Shown: positions 60,012-64,000 of the stretch, piece by piece | Numbering within the stretch: position 1 is the first letter of the stretch | How the letters are laid out: each line of letters begins with the position of its first letter | Origin: Lepidodermella squamata | Taxonomy: Eukaryota; Animalia; Gastrotricha | DNA: 64,000 nt | Reading direction: 5' to 3' | Assembly (NCBI GenBank): GCA_047495785.1 | Contig: JBLDXI010000043.1 | Coordinates: 558,001 to 622,000 of the forward strand | Notes under the pieces: model-generated | Databases searched by the model: none | The model's input: only the letters and a program-made list of their open reading frames with translations | Told to the model about the DNA's origin: nothing | Program-made: the position numbers and the translations under genes

Positions 60012-60515
60012 CACTTTAACTGCCAAAAATAGACTGCGAGGTCCGATATTTGGGTCTAATTCCTGGGTCTGTCAAAAAGTCATTTTTTTCGGGTCAACGA
60101 TGCGTCGAGGGGCAAAATGCCTGACGGCAAAGTGTAGGCCATGACCTGGCAGTTCTTTTGACACCAAATTTGGGGCCAAAGACATCAAGGAACGCACAGA
60201 AATCAAACTTGAAAAACAGTGACATTTCGATTGTTGCGTCATAATCTGGGTCTAATAATTAGGTCCAATTCTTGGGTCTGATTTTTGGCTCTAATCCAAA
60301 ATTTCGACGTTATTTCACTGTCATTTTCAATGACCTGCTCAGACCTTGTGGCCCCGAATTCGGTGTCAAAAGAACCGCCAGGTCATGGCCTACACTTTGC
60401 CGTCAGGCATTTTGCCCCTCGACGCATCGTTGACCCGAAAAAAATGACTTTTTGACAGACCCAGGAATTAGACCCAAATATCGGACCTCGCAGTCTATTT
60501 TTGGCAGTTAAAGTG
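60012..60515. mobile_element. MITE (504 bp) with about 165-bp TIRs and a TTAT 4-bp TSD (piggyBac-like)
   Basis: 60012 to about 60178 is the reverse complement of about 60349-60515 with few mismatches; TTAT at 60008-60011 and 60516-60519. Confidence 0.85.
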
Positions 60516-60687
60516 TTATTTTGTCTCAGTTTTTAGATCTTTTACAGAATTGCAGCAATGGATGCGAGTGTAATACTCTAGAGTTACTTAGTTACGGAAG
60601 CTGGGCGTTCCGGCTCCGGTAATCAACCAGCAGCAACTGATGGCGCCCACACGGCTTGAGGCGTCCATCGCCCGCTGTTAGCCCGAG

Positions 60688-63600
60688 ATGGCGGGCACGT
60701 TGCTGGAGAGCTCAGAACACGCCGCTCGCCTGCTCGCCAGCATCCTAGCAGCCGCGAACCGCACTCTCGCCGCGCGTCTCGAGGGCAACTACGGCACCGA
60801 TGACGATGACGACGGCGACCTGTGGAACGGCGACGCGGGCGGGGCGGGGCTCGGGCCGTGGGACCCCAGCCGGGCCATCCGATCAACGCAGCAGCCCGCC
60901 AGCAAAACCACCCGCCAGCACAAAAACCGGCCGATTTTCCCGCTCTCCACCGTCGTGCCGTCGCTATCTCAGGACCAGACCACATCGGATAGCGATAGAT
61001 CGTCGCCGTTTCTCGCCGTCATCACAGCGACAACGTTCGGCAACTCGACAGTGCCGAATAACGGAACTACGTCGACCAACGCGTCTTCACTCATCAATTT
61101 ACTAGTTTCGTCACTAGCAGATAACGCCAACGAGTTTGAAGTCGCGTACGAACCGCCATCTCTCGGGTCGAACGCCACGTTGACGCATATAATTGGGGCG
61201 GAGTTCGACCTGGAACTAGCAGCTCACGTCGGCATGTTGGCTCTGATAATGCTCATCGTCCTAGTCAATGTTTTCGCTGTGGTCACGTTGTCCTACGGCA
61301 TTCGAACTCCAGTTGCGCCTCTCACGATCTGGACCATGTTCTTCCTGCAGCAAAGCGGCGGGCGGGAGGCGAGGCGGCGAAGTTCGCTCGCAGCTGTTCA
61401 GCAACACCAGTCTCAGTTCAAGCGACGGCGTAGCAGTGCTTGGGACGACCCGCCACTGCCTCTACCTCTACCTGTAGTTCAAGAACAAGAGGAATTCGAT
61501 GCTGAAATTGCGCGGTCGACGATGAATGTCGCCCTGAGGGCGTCGAAAGCTGCTCAAAACATTCGAAGTCGTCGGTTAGCCGTCGCCAGTGCTACGAATG
61601 AGGAAATTCCAAAGTGAGTGTTGGATTTTTTCTGCTTTCAGGGTGAAATTTATATTTTTTCACATTAGTATGGACTGCTCGACTTTCCCGTTTCTGCTGA
61701 GCCTGGCGCTGAGCGATCTGTTCATAGGCGTCGTGATAGCCCCGCTGCAGTTCGAAACTTTCCGCCAGAACGGCGTCTGGAAGCTCGGCCCGGTGTGGTG
61801 CGACATGTGGCGGGCGGCGGACATTTTCTTCTGCACCTGCTCCGCCCTGCACACGGCCGTCATAGCTGTCGATCGGTGGTGGGCACTCTCAAAAAGTCAC
61901 TGTAAGTCAAGAATATCCGATTCCCTCTTTTCAAGGTGTTTTAGGCTTTATGTATCGAAGACAAATGGGCTTATTTATAGGAGTGATTCGTAAAACAAGC
62001 CTTTATCCGTTTGGTAGATCTCATCCCACTGCTTAACTTGAGAGCTGTGTACCAGCCATCATTGTTCTTGAGAACTTTACTGCAGAGTTGCTTTAGCCTG
62101 TCACCGACTTATTCAGCACTGGGATAATTTATGCAAAAGCCATTTTAAGCCCCAGATTTTCTTTCTTTAAAGATTCTTTGCGGATTGAAGTATTTTTCTC
62201 AATTTTATCTGCCTCTGATTCTGTCTTGTGAGGAATAGTGTTCCTATATTCCTCACAAGGATTCAGTGGGTTTCATCTTTCATCAAACACCAAATTAACA
62301 AAATCCACAAATACTATATCATAATCAATCAATAACCAGTTCACATACTACCCGCACAGAAAAAACTGGGTGGAAAGACGACATTTTTACATGTCAGAAT
62401 GTTACATGGAAACTCTGTTCATCTGGCTCCAGGGAACAAGCTGTAAATCTATTACATGGAACAATTGCGCGTTTACATGGAACATTACTAATACTGGTTC
62501 CACCCTTATTCCACCCTCATTCCACCCTAGTTACACCTACTACCACGGCCCTTTTCTAGTTTCTGTTTCCACCCGATTTCATGAAAAACGAGAAGTCCGT
62601 TAGAAGTTTTGTTTATTAAGCACATGCCTGATAAACACAAGTCGAAGACAGCTATAATCTGGAAGTCCAGGATAACAATTTAGACTTGAGCGCCAACATA
62701 AGCAACAGTCACACACCAGCACTTTGCAAATGGTCAATTCAAGAGCGCAAAAAGACGTTAAGAATTTTCGAAGAATATCCTGGTAAATGTTTACAAGATA
62801 GACTGACAATACGATAGAGAGAATAAGAAAATCGTAAGAAAACGCCATTTAACAGATTGACGAACAGATTCACAACATCCAGTTATCGTCGGCTTCGTCC
62901 CCTTGTTTTCTGCCTCTCCAGTCGCAATTTACCTCGAAAGCTCGCATCATCAGCTGCCTGCTTCTTGATCTCCCGAATTTCCGTAGTTGATAATTCAGGC
63001 TCGTCTGTTTGCGTAATTTTCGCATAGGTAGCTCTGTCACCTTTCGACACCATATGAAAGATCGGTCGGTCATCTGAAACGAGCCGGAAAGTTTTCTGTA
63101 CAAACATTCTCCGAGAAAAGTCACTTACCTTTGATGCCGTAACACCTTGAAATTTATGACAGATCTTCCCATTAGGAGTTAAACTGCTACCTAGGTCTTG
63201 CACAAATTAAACATGAATTCTAAAAAGAAAATTTATTGAAAATTACAATAGGAGAACACAAAAAATAATCATTTGAGACAAGTTAGATCAGATAGCAAAC
63301 AAGTTGTGAAAAAATCGTAGTGAATTGCGCCACGTGCAACTTATTTTGCCAAGTTCAAATTTTTGAATCTAACGGACCTCGGCGTGGTGTGACTTGCAAA
63401 CGGGCACGTTAATGCTCAGGCTTCAACAGGAGAACGCATGCTAAATTTGGTGGAATGCGAGGATGTAAAGACGACATTGTTCCATATTATTCCAAATTGT
63501 TTCACGTAAGCAAGACTTCGTGTATTCGCATGTAAAAACTGCGTAGTTACATGTAATTTTTTGGGTGTAATCTTTACAAAATTCCAGCTGGTTTTAATTT

Positions 63601-64000
63601 AACCTTTTTACATGTAAAGTCCTCACTTTACATCGTCGAATTTTTGCTCAATTCCATGTAACCTCTTGGAAGCGCGACATTATTCCAGGTAAAAACAACC
63701 GCCATCTACTTACATCCGCCATTACATGTCAAAATTGCGTCCTTACATGTAAAAATGTCGGATTTACAGCTAATGCCACCCAGTTTTTTCTGTGCGGGTA
63801 CAATTTGGATGCATTTTGTAACGCTGATGAACTTGGATCTCATTCGAGCATCTTTCTCGAGAAAAATTGCTTATAGCTAAAGTTAAGTTGGTCCTTGTAA
63901 CCTATGATTTTATCTTGATTCATGAGGATTTTTCTGATGTTTTTACAGCTCAGTTCAGATGGCGGAAGCGTACGAACATGCAGCGTACAATGCTGATATT
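60688..64000 (+). CDS. Class A GPCR, biogenic-amine-receptor-like, 5' part (exons 60688-61614, about 61669-61901, 63949 onward; continues past the window)
   Basis: N-glycosylation-rich N-terminus; TM1 ...LVNVFAV; TM2 FLLSLALSDLFIG...P; WKLGPVWCDMW; CTCSALH..VIAVDRW; splice phases consistent. Confidence 0.88.
62351..63798. mobile_element. Non-autonomous DNA transposon (1448 bp) in a GPCR intron; 23-bp TIRs, TA TSD, subterminal TTACATG repeats (CMC/EnSpm-like)
   Basis: CCCGCACAGAAAAAACTGGGTGG ... CCACCCAGTTTTTTCTGTGCGGG with TA on both sides; many TTACATG/CATGTAA copies near both ends. Confidence 0.85.

Overview
This is eukaryotic animal DNA, not prokaryotic: a compact invertebrate genome with many 40-80 bp GT-AG introns (phylum not determinable from the sequence alone). 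Recognisable genes are an intronless high-affinity choline transporter (SLC5A7-like), three ankyrin-repeat genes (one apparently a pseudogene), a tetraspanin head-to-head with a complete 8-exon muscle-type myosin II heavy chain, a secreted Gly/Ala/Asn-rich protein, a single-pass CUB-like/LDLa-like protein, and the 5' part of an aminergic-type GPCR. Mobile DNA comprises three non-LTR retrotransposon copies and at least five non-autonomous DNA transposons with readable TIRs and TSDs. Two gene families stand out. (1) Three secreted astacin-EGF-CUB-kringle-(Cys-rich tail) paralogs have each lost all zinc ligands, the catalytic Glu and the Met-turn, yet keep intact spliced reading frames. (2) A cluster of four genes encodes membrane-anchored Trp/Asn-rich repeat proteins (WVAQxx and NWNxN repeats) with an ATG-G micro first coding exon, a shared upstream motif and gene-conversion mosaicism. 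I recognise neither family by name. All exon structures were deduced by eye from splice signals and frame continuity; no searches were run.
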